Positions 45,400 through 60,773 of a stretch of DNA of 64,000 nt are shown here, piece by piece. This DNA is from Eledone cirrhosa (lineage: Eukaryota). The stretch spans positions 157,294,001-157,358,000 of the forward strand of contig OZ024742.1 in NCBI GenBank assembly GCA_964016885.1. Direction: 5' to 3'. The notes under the pieces were generated by a model, which was given only the letters and a program-made list of their open reading frames with translations, did no database searches and was not told the DNA's origin. Every line of letters begins with the position of its first letter. The stretch's first letter is position 1. Position numbers and translations under genes: made by a program.

Positions 45400-47493
45400 G
45401 CCTTGTAGTTATGCAATAGATGTTTGGTGACGTGTGGACAACGTGTGAACAATTCACTCTCGTGTTTAGGCAATCACTATTGCGTAATCTCTTTAGAATA
45501 GTTATTCATTCGTCAATACATAAGCCATACGTCGGATTTCCCCTTGCGTATGTCTTGGACTTAGAGATGGTTTTCCATTGAATGGAGTAGCCTATACTTG
45601 ATTCCTTGAGGGACCAAACATGGCTCTCGAGTTTCGGGGATGAACGTCTGTCCGGGTATCTGAAGGTAGACTGGTGGTTCAGGAAACGCTCCTTGAATCG
45701 GCCCTCCGCCATGCCCACATAGGATTTGACATCCTGTTGTTCGTTTGGTCGGTTGGACGTGACCACAGCTTCATAGATTACAGCTGGTGTGTTGCATTGC
45801 TGTTGAAGGAGGCAAGCTTCAGGCTTACGGCAAGAGCACCCTGGTGGCGTGTTACTCCTAGGGCTGCTGGTGATGTGGGCCTTCATGTTCTTAGCGCAGG
45901 AGTATCTTAGTTTAACTTTGTGTCGGTTAAAGATGGAGCGGTATATATGACTTATGGGGAAGTGTCTATCTAAGAGGGCTAGAATTTTTTTTCCTACATT
46001 GGTTTTAACGTTGAGTGAGAAGGGGGGAGAGAACCAGATAGTTTGTCTATCGATGCGCTTACTTTTCTTAATGGTGTTGTTGCTAGTGGGAGAGTAGGTG
46101 ATAGATTGTGATAAGCCGCTGTTAGCCGACGCCGTGTTATAGTAGGGTGCCGCCCTGTCAAAGATAGCCTTATTAGAGGAGAGGTTTGAGAATCTAGTAC
46201 TGATATGCTTAACAAAGTTTCTAAAAATAGTGGGAGGGTGGCATGAGTCCTTGTGAATGTAATTAAGTTTCTCGTTTAGCTTATGGAGGGTCTGTGGACG
46301 TGTGTGCGAAGGTCTAAATTAATGTCTAAGAAATCTACGCTAGAGAGGTTGGTGGCTACTGTTATCCTAAGGCCTAACTCATTGAAAGTAGAAGCTAAGT
46401 CCTTTATAAACCGTTTGAGGTCGTGACCACCTTTATGGCTCGGTAAAGTCAGTCCATCGTCACGGTATATTCCCGTGTGGAAGTCCGGGAATCTAACACG
46501 TAATATGCCTAAGATAAAAAGGCCAACCAAGTCACATACGTCAGCACTGTCAAACGATCCCATGGAGACGTCGAACAGGTCTGAAGATGTAGACTTCCTT
46601 GCCCAGTCTACTCCGTCGTTGAAGAGGAGGGTTTTCCGGCAGTGAGCAATGATTTCCCTGTCTAAACCATCCGACGGTGGTATAAGTGGTAGCGAAGTCC
46701 AACGCTTTGTTTAACAGGGTCTCTGAGATCGACGGGTAAAAATCGACAATGTCAAACTGTGTGAACTTCGCTTTTTGGGATGTTAAGGAGTTAAACCACT
46801 TAATTACGGAGTCGCTGTTCTCCCACTGGGGCAGGTTGGACTTGGTCCTAATGGTCTTAACTATGTTTCCAAGTATGGCCTTACTGACTAGTCCCATATC
46901 TGTGCGTGCCGGGTTTATTAGTCTACAAGTGGGGTTAGAAGTAAAGTCTACCTTGTTATCTTTCAGGGTGAGGAACGCCTCCCGCTTAGCTAGAGATTGT
47001 GGCTCCTTATCTACCTTAATGTCGGTGGCGAGTTCCTTGGCTTCTGTATTAATGTCGTGTTAGGCCATAGGGTTAGCTTTCTTATATTTAGAAGTAATAG
47101 CGTTATGGGCCAGGTGGCGGAAAGTGGTGTTGTCGACTTCGTAAATATAAATAGTTTTGTCGGAAAGGACGAAAGTGTTATTAGAAGACCTAACTTTCTT
47201 AATATCGTTTCTGAGTTTCGTTTGAAAGGTGTTAGTGTGTTTGCAAAAGGAAATGTCAGCGACTAACTCAAGAAGGTCCGTCTCGAAAGGAGCAAGTTCG
47301 GTTACCTTAGGAGGGTAGGCTCTCGATTTCAGGTTGAGGGTGTTGTGCCTCTAATTTTGCCATCGAAAGCTAGGGCTAGCCATCTTAGGCGTCTGACGAC
47401 ATCTTCCGCTTTTTGTAGGAGGAGTTTTTGGTAAACATGGTTGGAGGGAGTTGGAATGTACTTCAGGGAATAATTCAGTTCGTATAAATCCAT
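45400..47493 (-). pseudogene. PLE RT + GIY-YIG endonuclease ORF (frameshifted)
   Basis: MDLYELNYSLKYIPTP...RRLRWLA; LPQWENSDSVIKWF...FTQFDIVDFYPSI; MGSFDSADVCDLVGLFIL; GIYRDDGL; VDFLDINLDL; CSCRKPEAC; VIYEAVV...YVGMAEGRFKERFLNH. Confidence 0.92.
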
Positions 47494-48826
47494 ACTGACG
47501 TTGATGAGACGCAAAATTGTGTAGGACACGAGGATATATAGAGCGCTCTCAGGGTAGTAAGCCAAACTCGCACGTGGTGAAAAATCTGCTAAAAGCCAAA
47601 CTTCTACGTAGAGAGGAGAATCTGCTGACCGCTACTGGAGACGTAGATAGTGGTGGAACACTGGAAGGTAATATCCGTAGTTGTAGAGCGCTCAGTCCAA
47701 GGGACGAGTTAGGTAGAAGTGGTTACACAACAGTTAGTTCACCATATCGAGAACAATTGTTTCACCTTCGCGGATCTTCAGCTCGGGACGTGTATGGTTA
47801 TAGGAACAGGAAGGAAAACCCTACGAACACGCATGCGCAGAAACTCGGTCACTTCACACAGGCAATACTAGACTGCGTGCGGGAGGTGTAAGGGAGATAA
47901 TTGCGAAAGTCCGGAAAGATTTTAGGTTGAAAATAAAACTCGTCCCTTGGACTGAGTGCTCTACCACTACGGATATTACCTTCCAGTGTTCCACCACTAT
48001 ATATATATATATATATAAATATATCAAGCAGTAGATATAAACAATAGTTTGTGTTTACTGGCTTAGCAATGTATACAATGAGCTTATTTACCCTAGGTGG
48101 CAGAGAGACACTCGTCAAAAAACGGAAACAATACTGAAGGAAGAGGAAAATCAAATAATATTAAACGAAAGACGACAGGGTAATGCTGTCAGATATATCC
48201 ATTGGATGATATCTGAGAAATGTAGGCAACTAAATTGTATAAGCAGAGCCCAATGTTAGAGAATAACGAATTTGAGCTTTTGTGAGTCTTCCACATCTAA
48301 TGCGTTAAAATGATTGATATAAAAGGACAAACTTTTATTTGTGAACAAGATGAAAACAAAGGCCTAAATTAGTTTTATCGCGTGAAATAGTAGAGTGAAA
48401 TATAACGATAGTGAAAAATATGGAAAATTATGAGCCACTGAAGATGGAGGCTGGGAGGTTGTGGGGAATGAAGAAGGTTTGAATGATTGCAATAGTGATC
48501 GGAGCATTGAGATGGATGTCGGAGAGCTTTGAAGACAGTGTAATTAGAATACAACAACAATAATATTAATAACGTTCTTTGTTAGACATCAAGGAAACAT
48601 TAAAAACCAGACAGAAGAGAAAAGGACGTCGCGAGGTGGAATTTATTTTGTGTAAAACGATAATAACAAGAAACCAATCGTAAATAACAAAGCAAACAAA
48701 TCAATAGAAGGGTGGCATCCGAAGGTCACACAAAGAAATATCCCACAACAGCTACGGGAAAACTGATCACAAATGCCATCTCCCAGTTCATATCCTCCAG
48801 TCTACAGGTGCATATCTCAGCCTACG

Positions 48827-48857
<31 letters not shown>

Positions 48858-48924
48858 AATTTGAAAGATTTCTCTACCTGTGTCAAACAAGTGAATTTTT
48901 CAATTATGTCAATACTGAACGCTT

Positions 48925-49135
48925 TCACTGCTTTTGTAGCTATTGTTTCGAATGTATTTCGTTATTATATAGTTACGGTCCTTTACGGTCTGAGTTCAAA
49001 TACCGCCGATGTTAACTTTGTCTTTCATCCTCAAAGGGTCGATAAAATAAAGCACAAGTAACTTACTGGGGTCGATTTAGTCAATTTTCCCGTCCTCCAA
49101 AATTACTGGCCTTGTGCCTATAGTAGAAATCATTG
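48925..49135 (+). mobile_element. Older tRNA-derived SINE
   Basis: GAGTTCAAATACCGCC...CTTTCATCC..GGGTCGATAAAAT...GGCCTTGTGCCTATAGTAGAAA. Confidence 0.8.
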
Positions 49136-50347
49136 TTTGATTGTTGTCCCTACTGTTGTTTCCAGATGTTAGGTCATTGTGTTACCTTTCACCATTATTT
49201 ATCTTGTTTGCTTCTGTCATATTTCATGTAGTCTAATCATAGCTGGTGCTGCTGGAAGTGAACGTGCTATTAACTTTGAAGTACTGTTGTTTTATGTTGT
49301 CCAGATGGTGGCGGTGGCGTTGATATACAATTTTTACTGCAGGGAACTCAATATTATATTTTAACTTGTTGGTCGTGCTTTGCATTTGTTGTTGTTATTA
49401 GTCTTTTCGATTGTTGTTGATGATGACGTTGTTTTCTGAACATATTGAACGGACATCTTTCTTTCGGACAACATAAAGAGTAAATATGACAGCTCCACAA
49501 ACATAGTCCACCATCACCAATAAGGAAGTATTTGACACAATGAGGACTGCTGGCAACTGAATTTGATATATTCCGAGCTTCTAGGGAAAACCGCTCAGCA
49601 TGGATATATAGCATCACCATTTACTAAAATTCAAAGCTTACATGAATCAAATTTGAGGGGAGGCTGGAAAGAAAAATAATTCTACCCATCACAAACAAAA
49701 CACGACACACCATTAGAAGTATATAACATTCCTACGAACAACAGATTTTAAACAACACATCAGTAAACTACAACCGACTAGAATGTGTCGCAGGAGCAAC
49801 ACTTTGGTGATGGAAAGGAATGTATGGCTATATATAGCTGTAACATATGAATGGGGCCATTATAAAAGAGTGTAAAAAGAGGACAAGACAACTCTGCATG
49901 GTTTGGATTACTTACCAGATGGCTGCCGATACCATTCCTCACACTTAGATACGAGAGTAAATCTACATGACTAAAACAGTCCTAACATTAGCGAAATATA
50001 TTTATCATGCCACGACACAATTAAAAGCCATCATAACATTGAAAATAGAGAAAGATAACTAAAATGAGCAACACGACTATATCCATAAATAGTCGAAAGT
50101 CCGAACTAGATTCGTTATTCAAGATAAGGGTTGCTTCACTATGACACCAATAACATATTTGGTAAATTAAAAAAACAATCCAGTTCAGGTAATAAGAATA
50201 AAATATAATATCATCTCCATGGGTTTAACTGAATAAATAATTACAAAGTACAGCACTAAACCGTAAAAGCTTTTTTTGAGGATGTGATTAGACAAATGAA
50301 AAACGCCCATGTTCAGGAGAGCAAATTAAGCAGTATCTTCCTATCCT

Positions 50348-50445
50348 GGTTAACTTTGCCTTTCATCCTTACGGGGTCGATAAAATAAAGTACCAGTAAT
50401 GTATGGGTTATTGGTGGCCTTGTGCCTAAAGTAGAAACAATTATA
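50348..50445 (+). mobile_element. SINE 3' half
   Basis: Same family body and ATT tail. Confidence 0.85.
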
Positions 50446-50726
50446 TTAATATATATTCTAGCCTTCTTTATCTTCATCTCTATCTTCACATCAATGTAAT
50501 ACTCCTCTTTATCTTTCTACTTCTGTTAGCTTCAGCTATATATATGTAGACCTCAAATACACGTTCGAACAGTCACCTCCAAGAATACGAAATTCGAAAT
50601 AATTTGCCATAATTTACTCGCATACATGCAAAAAAACAAGGCACGCAATCACTCTTACGCATTACACACACACACACATACTCATATATATATATTATAT
50701 ATTATATATATTATATATATATATAT

Positions 50727-50875
<149 letters not shown>

Positions 50876-50887
50876 ATATATATATAT

Positions 50888-51543
50888 AGTGTTTTTTCGT
50901 TATTTCATGGGCTGAAATTCGATTCTCGCTAATTTTTACTTGTATTAATCTCCAGAGTCTAGCTATTGGCCAGTTAATTTTATTGACTGGTTTTGGTCTA
51001 TTCTATTGACTGCCGAATAGCTTTGTTATATTTAACCACTCTGTCGAGAGCTTCATTCGATTTGTGATATTTTGCATTTTCGCAATATTATACACAGATG
51101 AATTCATTCGCCTAATTTAGGTGTTACCTCCCTTGCCGAACCTCACGTGAGGTCAGTAGCAAGAAACATCTATGTGGTCTTTCGAACTGAATCCCGTTGA
51201 TAAGGCGTACTCCTAGTTCAGTCAGGATACGATAAACTTAACATCCTTTATGTAAGTGAACAGTAAATGAATTATGGAGCCGCAGAAACCCCAACACTGG
51301 ACTTTACCATCATTCCGGGTGAGTATAAAACATTTGTGCTTTCATATATTTTTATATCTGTATATCTGTTTGACCCGAAATAGGAGATCGAATCTTCGCT
51401 ATGTGGATAATTAGTTTAACCACCATCTCAGTGTGTTTGGCTTTTAACGTAAGTTGTAAGCTCTAATTCATTTGAATTATTGAGCGCTTGCATCACAATT
51501 CGAAAGTGTTTTTTCGTTATTTCACATGGGCTGAAATAATGGG

Positions 51544-51545
<2 letters not shown>
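50888..51545. mobile_element. Unclassified element in (TA)n with a ~30-bp terminal direct repeat
   Basis: AGTGTTTTTTCGTTATTTCA(CA)TGGGCTGAAAT at 50888 and 51505; reverse copy of the terminus at 59262-59295. Confidence 0.5.
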
Positions 51546-51595
<50 letters not shown>

Positions 51596-52662
51596 TAATA
51601 AAATAATGAATAAACAAAGAAACAGTTCCTTATATTAATAAAATTCATCATTTTACGATCCTTTCTAGGATATATATGTGTTAGAGTTGGTATGCATATT
51701 CTATAGATCTATGTACAATATTTATACAAACTATCAGAGGGAATATACATACCTACACATATATATACTGTCTTCAGAAATAATGATATTTGTTTATTGA
51801 AAAAAAACAAAGATTCAATATAATAGGTCTGTTTGGGAACAGGTTTTGAATTGACCAATAGAGAGATAGTGAGGGTTAAGATAGTAATATAGTAGTAGAA
51901 GAACCTTAAATTATGGGTAGAGAAAGGTAGACTTCAGTTTTGGATGGAAAAGAATATTATGAATGAAGGATTATTTTAGGGAAGAAAATAGGTCGTATGC
52001 TGACCTCAGAAATAATTTTATTTGTTCATTGAATAAAACCAACAAAGATCTAATATATTCTGTCTGTTTGGTAAGAGGTTTAGAATTAACCAATAGAAAG
52101 TTAATAATTGGCCAAATGGTAAAATAGTAGTAATTGAAGCTTATTTTAGGGGTGAAAATAGGTCAGGTGGTCAGTAAAATGTATACAAGCAGTTGTTGTT
52201 ATAAAACAGTAATACCAATGCAAATATCTAAGGAGACTAAAGTTTTACGATAAGAGTGTTAGTGAAAAAAATACATCTATGAAATGAATATTAATTAATT
52301 TAATTGAAGGGTATATTTATATTGATAAAATTATACTAATACATATAATTCTAAACCTCTTACCAACCAGACAGAATATATTAGATCTTTGTTGGTTTTA
52401 TTCAATGAATAAATAAAATATTTCTGAGGTCAGCATACGACCTATTTTCTTCCCTAAAATATTCCTTCATTCATAATATTCTTTTTCATCCAAAACTGAA
52501 ATCTACCTTCCTCTACCCATAATTTAAGGTTCTTCTACTACTCTATTACTATCTTGATCCTCACTATCTCTCTATTGGTCAATTCAAAACCTGTTACCAA
52601 ACAGACTTATTGTATTGAATCTTTGTTTTTTTCAATAAACAAATATCATTATTTCTGAAGAC

Positions 52663-52760
52663 GCCGAAGTTGACTTTGCCTTTCATCCTTACGGGGTCGA
52701 TAAAATAAAGTACCAGTAATGCACTGGGTAATTGCTGGCCTTGTGCCTAAAGTAGAAATA
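52663..52760 (+). mobile_element. 5'-truncated SINE with 15-bp TSD
   Basis: TSD ATTATTTCTGAAGAC at 52648-52662 and 52761-52775; absent from the opposite arm (51770-51785). Confidence 0.92.
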
Positions 52761-52898
52761 ATTATTTCTGAAGACAGCATATATATGTGTAGGTATGTAT
52801 ATTCCCTCTGATAGTTTGTATAAATATTGTACATAGATCTATAGAATATGCATACCAACTCTAACACATATATATCCTAGAAACGATCGTAAAATAAT
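52761..52898 (+). ncRNA. Type I hammerhead ribozyme motif with ~105-nt extended stem II
   Basis: ATTATTT-CTGAAGA-[ATATATATGTGT..GGTATGTATATTC..GAATATGCATACC..ACACATATATAT]-GAAA-CGATCG-TA-AAATAAT. Confidence 0.72.
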
Positions 52899-53089
52899 GA
52901 TTTTTTTCAATATAAGGAACTGTTTCTTTGTTTATTCATTATTTTATTAATTTATCTTGACTCTGTTCTCCGTTTATTTTTCCCCGAAAGTAGTTTTTGA
53001 ATACATCTTCTCTTTTCATGATATCCGGATTACATTGAGTTCTTCATACGGATTGGACACTACCGTAAACTTTTGGTAGATTTATCTAC

Positions 53090-54426
<1,337 letters not shown>

Positions 54427-54593
54427 TGTAGATAAATCTACCAAAAGGTTTCGTTTTCATTTTGTTTCAATTTATCGTTTTCGGTATGCCTGACCGATTT
54501 AACTCACTCAATATGCAAATTAGGCTGCTCAGCCGTTAATTTTCATAAGGAAAGTATATACTTTCGAACGTTCAACTATCTGGCAGATGGGTA

Positions 54594-54638
54594 AACGGTG
54601 CTGATGATAGCTAACAAGCTTGAAACTAGTACATCGTT
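54594..54638 (+). ncRNA. Type I hammerhead ribozyme (family A, unit 1)
   Basis: AACGGTG-CTGATGA-TAGCT-AACA-AGCTT-GAAA-CTAG-TA-CATCGTT. Confidence 0.88.
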
Positions 54639-55061
54639 CCTGTGTCAGTGTTGAACAAAAAGGTGACGTTGTTGCCTTAACACCGTATGGCATAAATTCA
54701 GGCTGTTCAGTTTGTTTACACAACGAACAAAGCGACGTTAGCGCCGCTAAACTGATACGTGCATATATGTATGTGTACCTGCATGCATATGTATATATAT
54801 ATGTATAATATACATATATATGTGCATGCTACTGTACGTCTGTATACATATATGTATGTACGTATACATGCATACTTACATTTAAGTAAGTGCCATACTA
54901 AGAGTGAGAAATGAAATTTCGTTTTCATTTTGTTTCAATTTATCGTTTTCGGTATGCCTGACCGATTTAACTCACTCAATATGCAAATTAGGCTGCTCAG
55001 CCGTTAATTTTCATAAGGAAAGTATATACTTTCAAACGTTCAACTATCTGGCAGATGGGTA

Positions 55062-55106
55062 AACGGTGCTGATGATAGCTAACAAGCTTGAAACTAGTAC
55101 ATCGTT
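55062..55106 (+). ncRNA. Type I hammerhead ribozyme (family A, unit 2)
   Basis: Identical to 54594-54638. Confidence 0.88.
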
Positions 55107-55406
55107 CCTGTGTCAGTGTTGAACAAAAAGGTGACGTGGTTGCCTTAACACCGTATGGCATAAATTCAGGCTGTTCAGTCTGTTTACAAACGAACAAAGC
55201 GACGTTAGCGCCGCTAAGCTGATACGTGCATATATGTATGTGTACCTGCATGCATATGTATATATATATGTATATATATATATATATGTGCATGCTACTG
55301 TACGTCTGTATACATATATGTATGTACGTATACATGCATACTTACATTTAAGTAAGTGCCATACTAAGAGTGAGAAATGAAATTTCGTTTTCATTTTGTT
55401 TCAATT

Positions 55407-55444
<38 letters not shown>

Positions 55445-55460
55445 GATATATATATGTATA

Positions 55461-55572
<112 letters not shown>

Positions 55573-55573
55573 T

Positions 55574-56325
55574 GGCTGGAGAATAGGGGGAAGGTGTTCC
55601 CCCGAAAAACCAGTATGACTCTAAAAACCGGTTTGTCTGTGTGTTTACATACAGAATAGCTGGGCCGCTCACTGTAAAGCGACCAGTGAAAGACTTGGTA
55701 CACCTACATATGTATACGTGTGTGTATTCATATACACACTAGTATTTCCGTATGCATATGTAGATGTACATTTTTAACTTAATTGTTTAAGCGTCAGTCA
55801 TACAAAAGTGAGTTACAAACGAAACGAAATTTAATTTCGTTTCGTTATTTGTTTTTATCGTCTCCGCTGAACCGGTGCGTACTCACACTCTATGCAAATT
55901 AGTCTGTCCACTACTAATTTTCATAGAAAAAGCATATAACGATATGTGCTTTTACAATTCTCCAGAAAGGCCGGTAGATAGGTAAATATTGCTGATGAGT
56001 TGTAACAACAACGAAACTAGTTCAATATTCCTTGTCTGGCTTTCTGGAGAATAGGGGGAAGGTGTTCCCCCGAAAAACCAGTATGACTCTAAAAACCGGT
56101 TTGTCTGTGTGTTTACATACAGAATAGCTGGGCCGCTCACTGTAAAGCGACCAGTGAAAGACTTGGTACACCTACATATGTATACGTGTGTGTATTCATA
56201 TACACACTAGTATTTCAGTATGCATATGTAGATGTACATTTTTAACTTAATTGTTTAAGCGTCAGTCATACAAAAGTGAGTTACAAACGAAACGAAATTT
56301 AATTTCGTTTCGTTATTTGTTTTTA
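55574..56325 (+). mobile_element. Retrozyme-like tandem array, family B: ~1.6 units of 468 bp
   Basis: CTGGAGAATAGGGGGAAGG at 55576 and 56044 (468 apart); one HHR. Confidence 0.85.
55985..56029 (+). ncRNA. Type I hammerhead ribozyme (family B)
   Basis: AATATTG-CTGATGA-GTTGT-AACA-ACAAC-GAAA-CTAG-TT-CAATATT. Confidence 0.88.
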
Positions 56326-56336
56326 TATATATATAC

Positions 56337-56391
<55 letters not shown>

Positions 56392-56404
56392 CATATATAT
56401 ATAC

Positions 56405-56515
<111 letters not shown>

Positions 56516-56583
56516 GATATATATATGTATATATATATATATATATGTATATATATGTATATATATATATATATATATATGTG

Positions 56584-56637
<54 letters not shown>

Positions 56638-56642
56638 TGTAA

Positions 56643-56889
<247 letters not shown>

Positions 56890-56935
56890 ATAAATAAATA
56901 ACAAAGAACGCTTATAGCATATGCATATCTTTACT

Positions 56936-56981
56936 TGCTAACATTGTTTCATCCGCACTATAAGTGGGACTCTTCCAAGCA
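56936..56981 (-). ncRNA. Degenerate HHR motif in a pLTR-like end
   Basis: TGCT-TGGAAGA-GTCCCAC-TTATA-GTGCGGAT-GAAA-CAATG-TT-AGCA; the core is mutated. Confidence 0.5.
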
Positions 56982-57563
56982 TAAAGGTTAATTACATACC
57001 ATACAAGCAATAACAAATCCAAGACATTGAAGAATGAAAGGTAATAATAGACGATAGAGGATAAGAATAAAAATAAAAGTAAAAATAAAAATAAAAATAA
57101 AAATAAAAATAAGGGGTGCTATCAGTCACAGTGGGGCGGGGTGCTGTCAACATATAGTTACATACAAGCATACACATGGATAAGAGAACAGACAAGAGTA
57201 GACACATGGATAAGAGAACAGACAAGAGTAGATAAGATAATGGGATTAGGTAAGAGTAGGTAAAAAAATAGGTAAAAAATAGGTGAAAAACAGACTTATA
57301 ATATATATAAAAAGAAATACAAAAAATACATAACAAACTTACATATAAAATATAAAATATAAAATAAAAAATAAAATATAAGGTAAGGAATGAGATAAAA
57401 TAATATAAAATTAAAAATTAAAAATTATATACATAGAACATAATATAGTATAATCGTAAAATAAGATAAAATAAGGTAAACTAAAATCAAATAACATAGA
57501 CTAAATTAAAATAATATAATATAAGATATAATTAAATGTATAATTAAATGTAATTAAATGTAA

Positions 57564-57595
<32 letters not shown>

Positions 57596-57663
57596 AAATT
57601 AAATAAATAAATAAAATTTAAATTTAAATTTTAAAATTTTAAAATTAAAATTTAAATTTAAAT

Positions 57664-57711
<48 letters not shown>

Positions 57712-58366
57712 ATGGAGTCAAGTAAGTAAATAAATAAAATTAGATAACATGAAATGAAATAAAATAAAAAGAGATTAATTAAATTGAGATAAGATATATA
57801 TTTTTTTAGAATATATCTCTTGAATATATCAGGGGCCCACGAAGGCACTAAATGTCACAGTTATGTGTATCACTTGACCAATTTTTTAAAATATATTTCT
57901 TGAAAACATCAGGGGCCCACGAAGGCACTAAGTGTCACAGTCACCAGTATCACTTGACCATTGCAAGGCAATGGAGGCGTCCCAGGTTGGGCAGTCTCGA
58001 AAGTTCACTCGAAAGTCATGGGTGTGCATTCACACAGTTGAGCGGTGGGGTAATCACAAACCGGTTCACACACGGGCAGGAGTCAAATGGTCAGAGAGAG
58101 GTGCATCGAAGGAGGTAGAAGAATTCACGTGCATTAGCAAGCGAGGTGAGGTTAAAGCAAGCAGACACAGTTGTAGCGCATACAAAATATATATAAAAAG
58201 ACAGAAGATATATAAAAAAAAAGACAGAAGATATATAAAAAAAAGACAGAAGATATATAAAAAAAATGTATTATATTACGGCTCTGTCCTCAGACATTGA
58301 GCTAACCTCATACTGCCTGCTGGATAAGTGGAGTGTTATACACCCCTGATCCTTTCCCTAGCATAC

Positions 58367-59266
<900 letters not shown>

Positions 59267-59529
59267 CATTATTTCAGCCCATGAAATAACGAAAATATGG
59301 GACTTGTTTCTTTCTTCTTAATCTCTTTCTGTTGCTTAAACCATTTTGTTTGTTTACCCTAGCGTCTCCCTTTATTTACGTGTTCCAACGACTTTTTTAG
59401 CCGTTGCTCGCACTAACCTGAGGTATATGGCCTTTAATGCGATGAAATGCCTACGACGGTTGGAAGGCCACTGATGAAGGACAAACGTTTTCATATGTAA
59501 CCCATTTGTAACGCCGCAGCTCCATTATT

Positions 59530-59617
<88 letters not shown>

Positions 59618-60149
59618 ACGAAGGAAATGTGGTAAGGAACCAGATGGACCATAACGCACCAAAGTACTCAATACTTAGCGTAGTAGAGTGGGTAATAGGA
59701 ACGAGTAGGACCCTGACGGCTGAGGTCAACCCGTTTCGACGGCTAATTCTGGTCTAAATAAAAATTGTTATTCTGGTAAATTAATAGACGAACTTCTCAG
59801 GGGCTAATTCCATATATGGTAAAAGGGATTGTCACAAGGATTGTGACCTCTTATCCTTATGATTCTGCTGTAGTTGTCACTTTCAACGCACGACTGGGTT
59901 TCCTCCACTCACTCTCCCTCTTTCTTCTACTGGCAAGTTCAGCTACCCCTACCTACCACAAAATGCCATGATAGAATCATGTGTCTCAGCAACAAACTTT
60001 TGACCAATCCTTGTGACAATCACTTTTACCATATATGGAATTACCCCCAGAGAAGTTCGGCTATTCATTTACTAGGATAAACATTTTCATTTAGTCCAGA
60101 ATTAGCCGTCGCAACGGCTTAAGCTCGGCCGTCGGGGTCCTACTCGTTC
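59618..60149. mobile_element. pLTR inversion (arms 59699-59843 / 60005-60149) with variant HHR
   Basis: CCCC-CTGAGAA-...-GAAAC-GG(C/G)-TTGA(G/C)CTCA-GCC-GTC-(G/A)GGGT read across the two arms. Confidence 0.7.
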
Positions 60150-60490
60150 TTATATATATATATATATATATAAAAGTGTTAAACAATATTCAATAATTAT
60201 GTCAAAGAATGAGTTTTACAGTAGATTGGAAGCATTCAACGGGAAAATAATTTTCTGGAGTTATTAATATTAAAATATAAGTATTCATAAAATAGATGTT
60301 CTTTTGATCAAATCACCCTAGATCTGATAAAAAAAGCTATAGTAAATAGTGTGCAAAAACGTATTAATAAAATATCACCTAATAAAGATATATTTGATAA
60401 AAATGCTGAATACTACAACAACGCGTTAAAAAGAGCAGGATATATGTATAATATAGAATATGTAGATAATAACAATCCAAGTATTATTCC

Positions 60491-60524
<34 letters not shown>

Positions 60525-60527
<3 letters not shown>

Positions 60528-60712
60528 TGTTTCTACTTTTGGCACAGGGCCAGCAATTATCCAGCACATTACAGGTACTTTATTTTACCGACCCCGTACG
60601 GATGAAAGGCAAAGTCAACCTCGGCGGGATTTGAACTCAGATCGTAAAGAGACGTAACTATGCTGGAAAGCATGGCGTCCGACCCTCTACCGATACTGCC
60701 AATCCACCGCCC
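60525..60712 (-). mobile_element. Full-length tRNA-derived SINE in (AAT)n
   Basis: Reverse complement of the 29478-29665-type sequence; (AAT)n on both sides. Confidence 0.92.

Positions 60713-60771
<59 letters not shown>

Positions 60772-60773
<2 letters not shown>

Larger units (their letters stand above)
45130..47999 (-). mobile_element. Complete Naiad-type PLE with two direct pLTRs (45130-45352, 47715-47937) and a 5' inverted segment (47937-47999 vs 47649-47710)
   Basis: ~220-bp direct repeats each with an HHR; decayed ORF between them; (TA)n on both sides. Confidence 0.93.
54449..55408 (+). mobile_element. Retrozyme-like tandem array, family A: two 468-bp non-coding units, one HHR each
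   Basis: HHR cores at 54601 and 55069 (468 apart); no credible ORF; many internal hairpins; (TA)n flanks. Confidence 0.85.

Noticed and set aside
49550-50200. Possible very old GIY-YIG/PLE remnant
   Set aside because: Only vague motif resemblance; cannot be supported without a profile search
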